Source of the DNA: Eledone cirrhosa
Lineage: Eukaryota
Direction: 5' to 3'
DNA length: 64,000 nucleotides
NCBI GenBank assembly: GCA_964016885.1
Contig: OZ024740.1
Span: 337,528,001-337,592,000, forward strand
Part shown: positions 51,811 to 64,000 of the stretch, piece by piece
How the letters are laid out: every line of letters begins with the position of its first letter
How positions within the stretch are numbered: position 1 is the stretch's first letter
Notes under the pieces: model-generated
What the model saw: the letters and a program-made list of their open reading frames with translations, nothing else
Database searches by the model: none
What the model was told of the DNA's origin: nothing
Made by a program: the position numbers and the translations under genes

Positions 51811-53970
51811 TCATCATCATCATCATCATCATCATCATCGTTTAACGTCCATATTCCAAGCTTGCATGGGTTTGGACGGGAGTTTTCCCACTTGAGGCAA
51901 GATTGGTTGTCTTGCTCGCATAGGACTGTTTGGCGGGTTTTCTACGGCTGGATGCCCTTCCTAACACCAACCACATTTACAGTGTGGAACTGGGAGGTTT
52001 TTACCGTGTTGCCTACACGGCCACATTACACCGTGGACTGTGTGTTTTTTGTCATGACACCTACACGACCTCATTTGTTTCGGCCTGGATGTTGTGGTAC
52101 CAACATAACTTTACATTGAAAGGGATGGTGTAGATGGGGTGGGGGTAGTGGGACGGGGGTATATTTTGTTAGAGGTGCCTACTGACTGTAGTAGGTTTTA
52201 CTTTGTATTTAGGTAAGGCGGGTCTTCTCTATTACTGTGTAGCGCCAAAGATCTCGGTCCAGTGACATTGTCTTGGAGAGGTGTAAGTGTGTGAGGTCGG
52301 AATTTATCAAGTCGTCCCAGGTTTTTCTGGGTCTGCCTACTCCGTGACTACCGTCTATTTTTATTGCCCTGCACTTTTTTATACAGCTGTCGTCTTTCAT
52401 GCGCATCACGTGACCATACCAACGTAGCCTTCTCTCGAGTAAACAACATCTGATCCCTCTTATTTCTAATTTTTCCCTTAGTTCGTTTATGCTTTGCCGT
52501 TCACGTATATTACTATTACACATCCAGCGGAGCATGCAAGATTCGTTCCTCTCTAGTCTGCGTATATCCTCTGCACACAATGCCCAGGTCTCACTGCCAT
52601 GTAACATTGCTGTTCGTATGCAGGCGTCATACAGCCTGCCTTTCAATTTTAGGGAGAACCCTTTAGCGGCTAATAGTGGTAGAAGCTCTCTGAACTTTTT
52701 CCATCCAGTTCTGACTCTAGCTACTGTACTTTCAGAGCACCCTCCACCACTGCTGATTTTGTCACCCAGGTAACGGAAGCTGTCCACTATTTCTATAGAA
52801 CCATCTGTGCAATTGAAAGAGCTAGTATTCTGTGGGCATCTTATGCTACTTATTGCACCAGAGCACCGGCCACATATAAAATCTATGTTCTTAGTTAGCT
52901 TACCTGTGATCCCACTACATCTTTTATGCACCCATACTTTGCATTTGGGACATACAATGGAGTTTCTGCCTACTCCTTTCCTACACACTGAGCATGGCCA
53001 TTTCCCGGATGGGACCGGCGCCCTATTTTCCTTCCTATAAACTAGAACTTTAGTCTTAGACAGGTTAATTTTAAGGCCTTTTGATTCTAGGCCATGCTTC
53101 CATGTTTGGAATTTCTTCTCTAGTTCGGCCATTGATTCAGCTATGAGCGTTAGATCATCTGCGTATAGGAGTTCCCATGGGCAGCCGGTCTTGAACTCCA
53201 CTGTTATAGCTTGAAGGGCAATAATAAATAATCGGGTGCTAAGAACGGAGCCCTGATGAACACCAACTTTTACGCTAAACTCTTCACTATATTCGTTGTT
53301 AATTATAACCTTGCTGACTGTTTCTTTATACATGGTTTGTATAGCTCTCACAAGCCATTCCTCAACACCTAGTTTTCTAAGAGCCCACCAGATAATGGAA
53401 CGGGGGACTCTGTCAAAGGATTTCTCCAAGTCGACAAAAGCTAAGTATAGGGGTTTACTTTTAGCTAGGTACTTCTCCTGTAGTTGTCGTACAATGAAAA
53501 GAGTGTCTGTGGTACTTTTGCCTGACACAAACCCGAACTGCATTTCATCTAGATCAATTCTCTCTCTGATTAGTTGCGCTATTACTTTTTCTGTGACCTT
53601 CATGACCTGGTCGATTAATTTAATGCCTCTATAGTTACTCATATCTAGGGCATCTCCTTTACTCTTGTAGTAGTTAATGATGATGCTGCTACGCCAGTCC
53701 TTCGGAACAACCCCATTCTGTATGACTTGGTTTACTATCCGGGTGACCATGGTGTGTCCCACCGTTCCAGAAGCTTTCAGCATTTCAGCAACTATTTCTG
53801 AAGGCCTTACCCCTCTTCATATCTTTGATTGCCTTACTTATTATACTACCTTCGACTAACACTGCTGGTCCCTCTATTGGGTCGATGTGGGGGAGCCTGT
53901 CTTTCTCCAATTTATTTTCCTCATTTAGTAGCCTTTCGTAGTGACACTTCCAAGCTACCTTCTTATCAGC
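51811..53970 (-). mobile_element. RTE LINE (second subfamily), 5'-truncated, 524-aa open RT frame
   Basis: ORF 52209-53783 with YADD and a PHD-like finger; 3'UTR and (TGA)n tail. Confidence 0.95.
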
Positions 53971-54029
53971 ATCATATATATATATTAATTCAAAATATTA
54001 ACAAAAATAGACATTCGTGTGATCAAGTA

Positions 54030-54096
54030 TATTTTATTATACATATTTCAGAGGTACTGAGCTATCTTCAACAGTATGTCCTCATCAGATAAAATA
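54030..54096 (-). ncRNA. Type I hammerhead ribozyme, canonical core
   Basis: TATTTTAT-CTGATGA-GGACATACTG...CAGTACCTCT-GAAA-TATGTA-TA-ATAAAATA with an 8-bp stem I. Confidence 0.8.
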
Positions 54097-54208
54097 AGAT
54101 GATGCATGACATACCCTGATGGGTAAGTAGATGGTTAAAATTCAGTCATGGCAGTGAATAAGATAAAACTTTATTCTTTGATTTATTCATTGAACCTTGT
54201 TTAACTTT

Positions 54209-54260
<52 letters not shown>

Positions 54261-54265
<5 letters not shown>

Positions 54266-56693
54266 GCGACGGATGAGGTTTGTGGCTGGAGTAAGACCTC
54301 AAGCAGGAGGAGAGTGACTTGGTGGTGGAACAATAAGGTAGATGAAGCAGTCAAGGCCAAGAGACAGGCATGGAAAGAATGGAAGAACGGGGGGAGCAGG
54401 GTACATTACATAGAGACCAAGAGGGAAGCTAGGCGACAAGTATACTTAGCTAGGAGGGAAGCAGAGGATAGAAAATTCAAGCATGTTTTACAACGTGAGG
54501 ACCAGAAACAGGAGGTATTCAAGATTGCGAGGCAGTGTGTCAGAGATAGTTGTGATGTCATTGGAGAGAAGTGTATCCGGAATGATAAAGGTGAGCTTGC
54601 CCTCACAAGTGCTGAGAAGAAAGATGCATGGAAGAGTCATTATGATAGATTACTAAATGAGGAGAATGCATGGGAAGAAGAGACCCTACCCCACGTAGAC
54701 CCTATAGAGGGACCAGCAGTACAAGTCAGCGGCAGCGTAGTAAGTAAGGCAATCAGAGATATGAAGATAGGGAAGGCAACCGGTCCATCGGGTATAGCTG
54801 CCGAGATGCTGAAGGCATCTGGGTCTGTAGGTCACACTATAACCACACGTATCGTTAACCAGGTAATACTAGAGGGGGCCATACCAAAAGATTGGTGCAG
54901 TAGCATCATTGTCAACTGCTACAAAGGTAAAGGCGATGCACTAGATAGAGGAAACTATAGAGGTATAAAGTTGATGGACCAGGTCATGAAAGTAACAGAA
55001 AGAGTTATAGCACAGCTGATTAGGGACCGGGTGAATATAGACGAGATGCAATTTGGGTTTGTTCCAGGGAAAGGCACCACTGATGCGCTCTTCCTTGTGA
55101 GGCAATTACAGGAAAAGTACCTAGCTAAAAGTAAGCCACTCTACTTGGCATTTGTCGACCTTGAGAAAGCCTTTGACAGAGTTCCACGTGCAGTAATCTG
55201 GTGGGCTCTTAGAAAACTAGGAGTAGATGAATGGCTTGTGAAAGCGGTACAAGCCATGTATAGGGGAGCAGTCAGCAAAGTTAGGATTGGCAATGAGTAT
55301 AGCGAGGAATTTAGCGTACAGGTTGGGGTCCACCAGGGCTCTGTTCTTAGCCCTCTCCTGTTCATCATAGTCCTGCAGGCAATAACGGAGGAGTTTAAGA
55401 CCGGATGCCCATGGGAACTCCTGTATGCTGATGACCTCGCACTCATAGCTGAATCTATGGTAGAACTAGAGAATAAATTCCAAACCTGGAAGCAGGGACT
55501 AGAGAGAAAGGGCCTCAAAGTCAACATGACAAAGACTAAGGTCCTTATAAGTAGACGAGAAAACAGAACCCAGATCCCCTCAGGGAAATGGCCTTGCTCA
55601 GTATGTAGGAAAGGTGTAGGTAGGAACTCCATTCTTTGCCCCAAATGCAAACAATGGGTACACAAGAGATGTAGCGGGATCTCAGGAAGCTTAATTAAGA
55701 ATGTAGGATTCACATGCAGCAGCTGTGCTGAAACAGCAAGCAAACAGCCACAGGAAACAAGTACCACCAATCTCTGGGAGGGCCCTGTAGAAACAGTAGA
55801 CAGCTTCTGCTACCTAGGTGACCGAATTAGCAACGGAGGTGGGTGCTCAGAAAGTACAATAACTAGGGTAAGAACGGGATGGAAGAAGTTTAGGGAACTA
55901 CTACCACTGCTAGCTGCAAAAGGCTTCTCCCTCAGAATGAAAGGCAGACTGTATGATGCGTGTATCCGAACAGCGATGTTGCATGGTAGTGAGACCTGGG
56001 CGCTGAAGGTGGAAGACTTACGTAGATTAGAGAGAAACGAAGCCTGCATGCTCCGATGGATGTGTAACAGTAATATACGTGAACGACAAAGCATAAATGA
56101 ATTGAGAGAGAGACTGAGCATAAGAGGAATCAAATGCTGCGTGCAGGAGAGGCGGTTACGCTGGTATGGACATGTGATGCGTATGAAGGATGACAGCTGC
56201 ATAAAAAGGTGCAGAGCACTAGAAGTTGATGGAAACCGCGGAGTGGGGAGACCCAAGATGACTTGGGATGAGGTGATAAAAGCCGACCTTACCCAACTAC
56301 ACCTCTCAAAGTCAATGACACACGACCGTGACTTCTGGCGTCACGCAGTAATACAGGGTACCCGACCTCCCATGGGTACATGCTGAAGCATATAAACGAT
56401 ATGCCCCCCCCCCCCCCCCACCGCAAGGTGGTCGTGGAGGTGCCACGGCAAAAAAGCACCCAGCCCACACTGTAAAGTGGACGTGTAGGCGCCACGAAAA
56501 AGCACCCAGCACTCACTGTAAATGAGGTTGGTGTTAGGAAGGGCATCCAGCTGTAGAAATCAAGCCAGATCAGTTCCTGTATGAGCAAGGCATGGTCAGC
56601 CGACCAGACACTGCCCACAACAGGACAACCCGTCTAACCCATGCTAGCGTGGAAGAACGGACGTAAAACGGTGATGATGATGATGATGATGAT
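54261..56693 (+). mobile_element. Young RTE LINE, 5'-truncated, uninterrupted RT ORF (54314-56386)
   Basis: Nearly identical to 17650-20077, with only a handful of amino-acid differences; begins directly at (TA)n. Confidence 0.96.
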
Positions 56694-57259
56694 ATATATA
56701 TGTGCGTGTGTATATATATATATACAGACATGTAAAAATATATGTGCACACATACACACACACACACATGCAGGTATTATTTGAAGTGGTTTTGCCATTT
56801 AAAATTTTCTTTCATTTATTTCTTCTCTTTCCATATTCCCTCATTTTCCCATCTAATTGCCAAAGAAGGACCTTGTCTGAAATGACAAGAATATACTAAT
56901 AACTTTGATTTTTATTCTATCCTGTCCTGCCTTTTTATTTTTTGTTCATTATGTACACGTCTTCCAACTGTTGGTGTAACGAGAAAATGCACTTGGTAGA
57001 ACGTGGGTTCATATGTAAGTGAGATGCGGATTCCCAGTCTATCTGAGGAGTTAGTAGCCCCACTGACTTGGTTTGTGAAGACCAGTCTAACTCAAGCAAG
57101 CATGGAAAATGGTGGATGTTAAATGATGATGATAATGGAGGTAGTGTGACCTTATTTCAAATTGCTGAAGCTCACAGAAGAGATAGGAAAAGGAATGCAA
57201 TGAGTGGAGGGATGCTCTGCTGAAAAATAACCATCTAACCTATGCCAGCATGGAAAAAC

Positions 57260-57340
<81 letters not shown>

Positions 57341-57424
57341 GGAATTGAAAATGATTTAAAAGCTAATTTTTCCATTTATATACTTGATTATGTATATATA
57401 TATATATTATTAGTACAGATTAAA

Positions 57425-57475
57425 AGTTTAAGTAATAACTTATTGCTTTCACCTTAAGTGGGATCTTCTGAAACT
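57425..57475 (-). ncRNA. CAGAAGA-family hammerhead-like copy
   Basis: Reverse complement AGTTT-CAGAAGA-TCCCacttaAGGT-GAAA-GCAATAagtTATTAC-TT-AAACT; the stem III sequence differs from other copies but still pairs. Confidence 0.6.
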
Positions 57476-58064
57476 GAGAAAAATTAATTTGTAGACACAG
57501 AAGTAAATATTTCAAACAAGTTATGACCAAATATTGCATTTAGAAAACAAGAAGACATAACGGTAGTACGTGAAGACATTCTCTTGAGATAGGCGAAATG
57601 TATGCAAGGAGAATTATGTCATTATGTGGAGCAAGAAAAACAAATTCTTGCTTTGGAAAAAACATATTCTTGCTATGAAAAAATCAGAAGACGTTTTAGA
57701 ATAACCAAATGATTTCCAATTGCATATATATATATATATATATATATGGATGTCTAAAAATAAGGAAGAAACCATGGTAGAGATATAATTATGGTATGTG
57801 CGCATTTCTTCTAAGTTTAATTTTACACCTAATTGTGTATGGTTGATGATATATTTAGTCAGTTTCTACATGCTGTCGAAATGTTGGATAAATATTCGAT
57901 CGGGGCCACCGCGAAGAGGCTACGTTCGGTTATTTGTCGGAGATTTCTCCATAAGAGCCTTTCTTCTTATAGCTTGTTCTAATTGATTTTTTATATGGTT
58001 AATTATGCTAATTAGTAGAAGAAATAGTATATATTTTATCTGATGATTCTAAAGACATGATTTA

Positions 58065-58103
<39 letters not shown>

Positions 58104-58214
58104 TACTGTAGGTGTTAGAATATCTAAAGGAGAACTCAATTTTAAGACAAGCATTTAGAAAGTGCTTGTTAAACTACTACATATATTTCATAGTCTTTAC
58201 TGTGAATAATTATC

Positions 58215-58630
58215 ATGACAATGGCATTGATGATGATAATGTTGATAATAGTGAGGATGATGATGATGATGATGATGATGATCATCATCATAATTATCAT
58301 CATTAACCACATTATCATCATTAACCTCATCATCATCATCATGACTATAAATGACTATAAATGCCATGATGATGATGATGATGAGGAGGAGAAGGTGATT
58401 ATGATAACGGTGCTATTGTTTTTTTTGCTGGTGCTGTTGTTGCTGTTTCTGCTGTTGATGCTGCCATTGTTCCTGCTGTTTCTGCTGTTGCTGCTGCTGT
58501 TTCTGCTGCTGTTGTTGTCGTTATTGTTGCTGCTGCTGTTGCTGTTGTTGTCATTGTTGCTGTTGCTGTTGTTGCTGCAGTTGCTGCTGGTGCTCTTGCT
58601 GCTGCTGCTGTTGCTGATGATGATGATTGG
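58215..58630. repeat. Low-complexity (GAT)n/(CAT)n/(TGC/TGT)n repeats
   Basis: Seen directly. Confidence 0.9.
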
Positions 58631-59519
58631 CAATTTCCTTTGTGTAACTTGAATTTTCTTTATTTCAGATTTAACTAGACACAAACCCATATTTTTGTTC
58701 CCCCCTCCCTCTAACTTCACAGAAATTGACCAACACTGACCAACACTGAATAAAATGGAAATGGTTTCAAACTTGTAAAGGACTGAACAAGCCTAAGAAC
58801 TAAAATAAGCAATAAGTAATTGGCAACATTATTGATCCAGTTCTCATTATCCATTCTTATCACATGTCTACATCATCTTAATCTTTTCTCTGCCAGACAA
58901 ACTTCGATGTATTTCATTCAGTATTGGCTTATTTGATTGCTTTATATATTTTCAATACTGTTTTCTCACCTCTATTTGACTGAGAGAAGCGTTTTGTCTT
59001 ATATGTTTTATTCTCAATTTATTTGCTATTATGTTTACAAAAGTGAGATGATAAGGAGGACAAGAACTTTTATTCTTTTCTTTACAAGATGGTTTATTCT
59101 AAATTAATGGCTTCATTAGCTTTGTCTGCCAGTTCATGGTATTTTACACAAGTGATCACTTCTTGTTAACTGTAATTCTTAATTATAGATCAGCTACCAT
59201 GCAATCTAACTAATGAAGGAGCTTCCGATTTTATCTTGACCTGCTAGAAAGGGCAGCCAAACCTTCCTCAGATCACATTCTACCATATTAAAAACTGAAA
59301 TTACATATCAAGATTGAACTGACGAGAAAAACAACAACTCATTATGTTATCTATTTAAAGGTGGTCAGCCTCCAATCCTTTCAAATTCACATCATCCACT
59401 CATCACAATTCCTATTTTAAAATGGTTGCTATACCTACCAACTTATCACTGAAAACATATTGTATGTGATGTACTAATATATCCTCATCGTTAGATATTC
59501 TTGAAGCTCTAATCTATCA

Positions 59520-59636
59520 TTGGCAGTATCGGTAGAGCGTCGGACACTATCCTTTGCAGCATAGAGTTACAGCCCCTTACGTTCTGGTTTCAAATTTTGC
59601 CGAGGTTAACTTTGCCTTCCACCTTTGGGAGTCAAC
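59520..59636 (+). mobile_element. SINE family B 5' part
   Basis: tggcagtatcggtagagcg...ccgaggttaactttgccttccacc. Confidence 0.72.
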
Positions 59637-59740
59637 TTGTAATAGATTAAGCAAGACATCAGCATCACTGATCTCTCTAGTTTCAGAGGGTCTATGAAGG
59701 CTACAAGCACTGGCCCTTCTACCAGACCTACCAAATAATG

Positions 59741-59784
<44 letters not shown>

Positions 59785-59829
59785 GGCGAAACTCCAGAGT
59801 AACAAGACTTACTTTTTAGCCTTAATAAT

Positions 59830-60600
59830 AATGAATATGCAAATGAGCATATCTTCACTGATCATTCCACATATTACAATGAAGCTTTAGCTTGGAGTGA
59901 ATTTGTTGATAAGGTAGAATATACTAAGTACGAGCATAATCCTAGGAAAAATAGATCCCGACGTATTATATGGTATAACCCACCATATAATATGGAGGTG
60001 ACCACACCAACAACAAAACTCTTTCTCTCTTTAATTAAGAAGCATTAACACACAAATCTAATGAAATATTTAATAGAAACATTGTTAAAATATCTTATTC
60101 AACTTCGCACATAACATTACTGCATCTAATTTAGCCAAATTACCTAGCCGTAGCAACACAAATGATCTAGTAGCTATTCTTAACTAGACTAGACTGCCCT
60201 CTATCTGGGAAATGCCTATCCAGTAATATTGTCTACAAATGTAAGGTGAACACACCCACGTCTAGTAGAGCCTAAATAGGGTTAACTGCCAATAGATTCA
60301 AGTAGCGTCTATACATGCACACCCATTCTTTTCATAACCCTTTAAGAAGGAACATGACGTCACTTTCAGCTTATATCTAGAGTCTAAAAGAGAACCACAT
60401 CCGATATAGGTTACACTGGGAGATCCTAGTTAAAGCTAGATCGTATAATGGAAACAAAAGACCATGTGATCTTTGCCCCACCGAAGCCCAGGAAATACTC
60501 TATGCTAACGATCAACTCTTAAACAAAAAATCCAAGGCAATTTCGGCTTGTAAACACAAACTGCATAAACCTTTCTTGTATTACAGCCCTACATTATATC
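59830..60600 (+). mobile_element. Penelope-like element remnant (Naiad-like linker plus GIY-YIG)
   Basis: RSRRIIWYNPPYN...IFNRNIVKISYS...DCPLSGKCLSSNIVYKCKV...*IGLTANRFK*R...TSLSAYI*SLKE...WEIL...CDLCPTE...LLNKKS...CKHK. Confidence 0.85.
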
Positions 60601-60840
60601 CTAACGGATAGTACGGACAATATGCAGATAATATAAGTCATGATGCGATAGCTAAGTATATTTTATGTTTATACCATTATATATATGTGTGTATGTGTAT
60701 ATGCATGTATATGTGTGTGTACGTGTGTATATATGTGCGCGTGTGTGTGTGTGTGTGTACATATTGTGTGTATATACGTATATATACACGTGTATATATA
60801 CATGTGTATATATGATAATAATGGAGCTGCGGCGCTGCAA

Positions 60841-61530
60841 ATGGGTTACATATGAAAAAGTTTGTCCTCATCAGTTTGTATGGGTTACATATGAAAAAGT
60901 TTGTCCTCTAACCGTCGTAGGCATTTCGTCGCATTAAAGGCCATATACCTCAGGTTGGTGCGAGCAACGGCTAAAAAAAAAAAGTCGTTGGGACACGTAA
61001 ATAAGGGGGACGCTAGGGTAAACGAACAAAATGGTTTAAGCAGCAGAAAGTAATGAAGAAGGAAACAAGTCCCAGATTTCTATGAATATAAATTCGGTGG
61101 AATCGTGAACGAGAGAATAAAGACCATCAAACCTGGTTGAAATGTGAGCAAGGAAGGAATTTCGCACAGGTCTAACGGGAGGAAGAAGGGGTCTGGTCTG
61201 CGAATTCGGTAAACATAAGTTCTGTGAAGTCGCAGACGAGAGAGAGAAAAAAAATTCATACCGGCTTGGTAAAGTGCCCGCGAGAAAAGGACAGGTCAAA
61301 CGGGAAGAAAGGGGAGGAGGAGAGGTAGTGACAGAGAGTGAGTGAGTGAAAGGTGAGGAAGAGGCTAACAGAGAGAGAGAGACTGCTAGAAAGGGTAGAG
61401 ACACAAAGAACGAAACAGACTTTTTTTTTTAGCCGTTGCTCGCACCAACCTGAGGTATATGGCCTTTAATGCGACGAAATGCCTACGACGGTTGGATGGC
61501 CACTGATGAGGACAAACTTTTACATGTGTA
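60841..61530. mobile_element. GC-richer fold-back element with ~77-bp near-perfect inverted arms
   Basis: 60910-60986 versus 61418-61493, extended by 60846-60875/61502-61530; 29-bp direct duplication at 60841 and 60880. Confidence 0.75.
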
Positions 61531-61759
61531 TAGGTGTATTTATTTCATCTTCAACTAGGAGTGCACACATGTGCATGTACTTACGAAACATCTACAAGTG
61601 GGCATTTGCGCATATACAGGTGCGTGCGTATTCGTACGTGTATGTATATGTGTGTGTGTGTGTGTGTATGTGTGTTTGTGTATGTATGTGTATATGTATG
61701 TGTGTATGAGTGTATATATATATGTATATGTATATAAATATATATATATATATGTATAT

Positions 61760-61891
61760 TGGAAAATGTGTGAAATCCTTGGTACAGTTAGGTATATTTG
61801 AAAAAAGGAAAAGAATGACTTCACTTGTAGTTTTAAAATTAAATCAAATTGTTTAAAATTACAAGTGAAGTCATTATTTTCCTTTTTCCAA

Positions 61892-61896
<5 letters not shown>
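61760..61896. repeat. Fold-back unit related to 28055-28160
   Basis: Inverted repeat 61793-61896; the left part is the reverse complement of 28083-28157. Confidence 0.8.
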
Positions 61897-61924
<28 letters not shown>

Positions 61925-61951
61925 TATATATATATACACACACATATATAT

Positions 61952-61995
<44 letters not shown>

Positions 61996-62430
61996 ATGCA
62001 TGTGTGTATGTGTGGATATCTGTATATATATATATATATATATATGTATGTAAGCACATACTTATGGACAGGACTAAATCTTATAACAATACTTTAATGT
62101 TCACATCATTATTTACTTTTACTGTTATTAATAACTTCTGTCATTTTCATTTAATAATTTTATCTACATTATTCTCAAACTCTGGAGCTGGAAATCATTT
62201 GGTTATTCTAAATAGAATATTAATCTAATGATTTCTTTTATAGCATAAATGTGTTTTTGTCTTTGCAAGAAATTGTTCTTGTCACTCCACATAACGACGT
62301 AATTATCCTCATTTCTTTTCTGTCCATTTCCAGTGAAGGTCTTCATGAACCAGAGTATCGTCTTCCTGTTTTCCTTTGGTTGTAACGTTTTTCGAACTAT
62401 TTACTTCTGCGTTCACAGATTGATTTTTTT

Positions 62431-62481
62431 AGTTTCAGCAGATTCTGCAAAGGGTGAAAGTAGTGATTCTTTGCTTAAACT
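62431..62481 (+). ncRNA. CAGAAGA-family hammerhead-like copy (degenerate) with upstream body
   Basis: agtttcagcagattctgcaaagggtgaaagtagtgattctttgcttaaact; the upstream tgcgttcacagattga matches the 5623-5642 spacer. Confidence 0.5.
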
Positions 62482-62531
62482 TCAATCTGTTCTTATAATA
62501 AATATATATATATATACATACATACATACAT

Positions 62532-62607
<76 letters not shown>

Positions 62608-62609
<2 letters not shown>

Positions 62610-62820
62610 TGTAAAGTGGACGTGTAGGCGCCACGAAAAAGCACCCAGCACTCACTGTAAATGAGGTTGGTGTTAGGAAGGGCATCCAGCTGTAGAAATC
62701 AAGCCAAATCAGTTCCTGTATGAGCAAGGCATGGTCAGCCGACCAGACACTGCCCACAACAGGACAACCCGTCTAACCCATGCTAGCGTGAAAGAACGGA
62801 CGTAAAACGGTGATGATGAT
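62608..62820 (+). mobile_element. 3' end of the young RTE family
   Basis: Matches 56468-56680; starts at (TA)n. Confidence 0.9.
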
Positions 62821-62844
62821 ACATATATATACATATATATATAT

Positions 62845-63480
62845 ATCTTCTTCCAATTATTCCTGAGAGGATCATGGGGGAAGAATTCTCAGACACTCCT
62901 ACCAGTGGGTCCTGTCAGAAGCAACCATCTCCAACTGATCAGGCTGGATCTCCAAGCGAGACCAGCCAAGCTCATATATGTTATCCAACCATCTTGCTGG
63001 GGGGTCTATCCTTGGGTCTCTTCCCATAAAATCTGTCCAGCGATTCTTTCCTGAGACATTCTAACCACATGCCCATAGTATCAAAGCTGTGATCTCTCAA
63101 TTCGGAGAAGTAGTGGCTCCATGTGGAGTGACTCCCTGATCTATGAGCTATGTATTCTATAAAGTTACTCCAAAGACTCTTCAGAGGAACCCCATTTCAG
63201 CCACTTGTATTTGCAATTATATTCTTTTGGTCATTACCCAAGATTCATGACCACAGGTAAGGGTTGGCACAAATACTGAATTGAAGAAATCAAGTTTGGC
63301 TTTTACGCCTACCTCCCTTCTTCTGATTACTGAATGCTGAAGTTAGCACATTACTGCACCAGCTCCTGCAATTCTTGCATTTAATTCAGCCTCCTACTTT
63401 CCATCACTTTTGAACATGGTCCCGAGATACTTGAACTTTTCCACTTGCTTCAGTGGCACTACATTCACACGTAGACTGCT
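62845..63480 (-). mobile_element. Old RTE-like LINE 3' fragment
   Basis: Minus strand VEKFKYLGTMFKSDGK...ELNARIAGAGAVM, plus QL*YYGHVVRM and RPRI segments. Confidence 0.75.
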
Positions 63481-63514
63481 CTACGTAGACTTCCAAATTA
63501 ATTATGTATATATA

Positions 63515-63950
63515 GAAATAAAATTTAGAATTTTATTTCTCGCTCTAGCACAGCTTAAACATGAATGTAAGTATGCATACATGCACACATATATACACAC
63601 ATATATATATATGAATATGTATATATATATATATACACACATATATATATATATATATATATGTATGTACGGGTTATATCGAACATTAATAATAACATTT
63701 GATTCATTTGAAAGCAAATGGCCTTACAAAGAGTGTTGTGCCGATGGCCAATTGTCATCCATTTTTTCAACACTGGCATCAAGGAACAATCAACATGTTT
63801 CTGGATCATTACTCTTCATCAGGACTGTTTACTTCTCCGCCAATCTGTTGAATGGTTGAAAATTATAGTATTTTCTGAAGTATACGTAGGCATACTTACA
63901 TTTATGTGTCAGCTGTGCTAGAGCGAGAAATATAATTCTAATTTTATTTT
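63515..63950. repeat. Imperfect inverted repeat (~65-bp arms)
   Basis: 63515-63580 versus 63886-63950. Confidence 0.75.
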
Positions 63951-64000
63951 TAATTTTCAGCAAGGTCAGCCGAAACTCACTCAGTATGCAAATGAGGCTT

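Noticed and set aside
58112-58306. Candidate last exon VLEYLKENSILRQAFRK (also acceptor-like sites at 48528, 58668, 62333, 63960)
   Set aside because: Weak or repeat-derived acceptors and no recognisable similarity to the BAIAP3/UNC13D C-terminus.
59830-60600. Possible selenocysteine recoding in the Naiad-like PLE
   Set aside because: The in-frame stops seen are TAA/TAG at non-Cys positions, consistent with decay; no UGA at a conserved Cys and no SECIS recognised.

Overview
AT-rich, microsatellite-dense eukaryotic DNA, most likely from an octopus or other coleoid cephalopod (inferred from the RTE LINE/SINE repertoire and (TA)n density). The window is mostly intronic. Six + strand exons (8657-42474) splice in frame into the MHD2 and C2B domains of a BAIAP3/Munc13-4 (UNC13D)-like protein; its 5' exons and last exon were not found. 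The introns hold young and old RTE LINEs (two near-identical long copies with a PHD-like finger), two tRNA-derived SINE families, R4/Dong-like and CRE-like LINE remnants, and Penelope-like element (PLE) remnants of two apparent clades. The most striking signal is a dense set of about 20 minimal type I hammerhead ribozyme motifs from roughly ten unrelated sequence families. Most lie in short fold-back (inverted-repeat) units inserted in (TA)n, and they include a 7-copy family with a non-canonical CAGAAGA core and a CCGANGA-core variant. All folds and alignments were read by eye; none was computed.
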